DNA of 64,000 nucleotides, taken from contig JARDVH010000132.1 in NCBI GenBank assembly GCA_030324005.1, positions 90,855,561 to 90,919,560 on the forward strand. The letters are read 5' to 3'. Position 1 is the first letter of the stretch. Each line of letters opens with the position of its first letter. This document shows positions 62,548 through 64,000 of the stretch, one piece after another. This DNA is from Negaprion brevirostris. Its lineage: Eukaryota. Position numbers and translations under genes: made by a program. Under the pieces are notes generated by a model. The model was not told the DNA's origin and ran no database searches. It saw only the letters and a list, made by a program, of their open reading frames with translations.

Positions 62548-64000
62548 CTCTTTCAAGTAAGTGCTCTAACATTTGATTTTTCTTTTGTCGTTCTTTTATA
62601 ATTATTAACCTAGTGCTCTTCTGCTGAAACTTGCTTCACCTGTCCCATTTCAATCCCCAGAGCTACATCCAGCACTGTGTTCTTCCTTGTTAAGCTAGCT
62701 CTGTTGTACATATTTCAGGAATCTCTTCCCTCTACTTGCCCTTCACAATGCTATTTTCTGACAGAGGGTGGATGAAATTGGTCTATCCAGCAGGGTGAAA
62801 CAAGTTTGTAATGAACAGGAAGCCAATTTTTCACAGCCCCAATTGTATTTCTCATTATCTTAGAAAATAATATCAAATTTATTAATTTCAAATCCAGTAA
62901 AAGGGAAGTGAGATTTGAACTATCGTTCTGTGAACTTCAGTGGAAAGAAGATCAGAAATACCAATATGCTGTGAGCATGTTGGTGCTGGTGGTATAGACC
63001 ATTTTCACCCTTGCATTGTTGCATCATTTGATTTCTTTAATAAACATAAAGCATAGCTGAACTTAGGCAGCCTTTATTCAATTTCCTTTACCAAAAACTT
63101 CAACAGTACAGTGGCAAGGAAAGTAAAGTCAATTGCTATCTCTAATGAGTCCTAAACACACTTAAAACAAACATTGCAGTTGGAATGGGCTATGCTTTTC
63201 TTTTTACTGCTTCCAATAACATTTCCATTGGACGTTGAAGAGCAACATTCCCAAAGGGACCTTGCTGCTATGTGCTGTCACCAGTGTCATCAGCTCTGCA
63301 TTTATATTAGCATAAACCTTTGACAGTAAACTATCAATAATTTTTTAAAAAATTGCCACCTGTTAGCAATGGCAGGTGTATTACTCCACTGATTCTGCAA
63401 AGTACTTTCAGTTTTTATTTCATATTTCCAGTTTCTGCAATACTTTGCATTTATTGTCTTAGAGAAATCTTGGCCATCCCTTAAACGGGTTCAGTCCCTC
63501 CTTGCTGATGACACCCAAAGCTGACTTCCCCACTTATGTACATAATTGATTGGAGCTTCTTATTGCCAGTTTTTACAACAGACTACCAGCCATCTAGTGG
63601 AGATCTAGGTAGTTTCAGCACGGCACTGAGAAAATTTATGGAAGTGAAGCCACTAAGATTGGCTGACCTCCATCTCCCTGGTATGCCATCCTCTTCAGAA
63701 CTCATGCTCTCTCTTGGAATGCCCAGCTATGAAACTGCAAAGTGTGATCATTTTCATCATTATAGTTTGATGTTGCAAATAAACGTCATCTCCATCAGAG
63801 TAGATCAGAAAAAATGTCCTTCGTAACCTGAAGGGAGTTTATGACCCTTCTACTGGGCTGACGTATAAAGACAGATATCACAGTCTGTCAGGTAAAAATG
63901 CAGCACTAATAACTGTTATGTTGATTTCAAATTGACTTAAAATGTGGTGCATAATTGTGTTTTGGTAGGGGTTTTGCTGTGCTTAGCTTTATCATTTTGT

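Noticed and set aside
63380-63455. Third Penelope 3' end with ribozyme
   Set aside because: Only a faint tail similarity is present and no CUGANGA/GAAA core is visible.
216-63826. The many 60-250 aa ORFs in the supplied track as host genes
   Set aside because: They are TE fragments, their antisense frames, N-filled artefacts or chance ORFs. None has splice or homology support.

Overview
Eukaryotic DNA, very probably from a shark (HE1-type V-SINEs, SacSINE1-like DeuSINEs and shark-type CR1, Penelope and Tx1 families). The draft assembly has many 10-N and 100-N gaps. The only host coding sequence I can support is a 73-nt internal exon of JAZF1 (exon 2, + strand, 7799-7871, DTDPRVLEKQELQQPTYVALSYVNR), so the rest appears to be JAZF1 introns 1 and 2. 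Much of the window is decayed, often nested, transposable elements: CR1, L2, RTE, Rex1/Babar, Tx1, Penelope, several SINEs, a Harbinger transposase fossil with MITEs, and hAT ends. The most notable structures are (1) an inverted pair of Penelope pLTRs inside a 12-bp target duplication, each carrying a minimal hammerhead ribozyme motif, (2) V-SINEs with two different LINE-derived tails, (3) a second SINE/LINE pair sharing a tail, (4) a Tx1 fragment inside a 29-bp direct repeat, and (5) TSD-like duplications around gaps. I see no convincing novel multi-gene system. Family assignments come from recalled consensus sequences, not database searches. Repeat boundaries are approximate unless a TSD or TIR is given.
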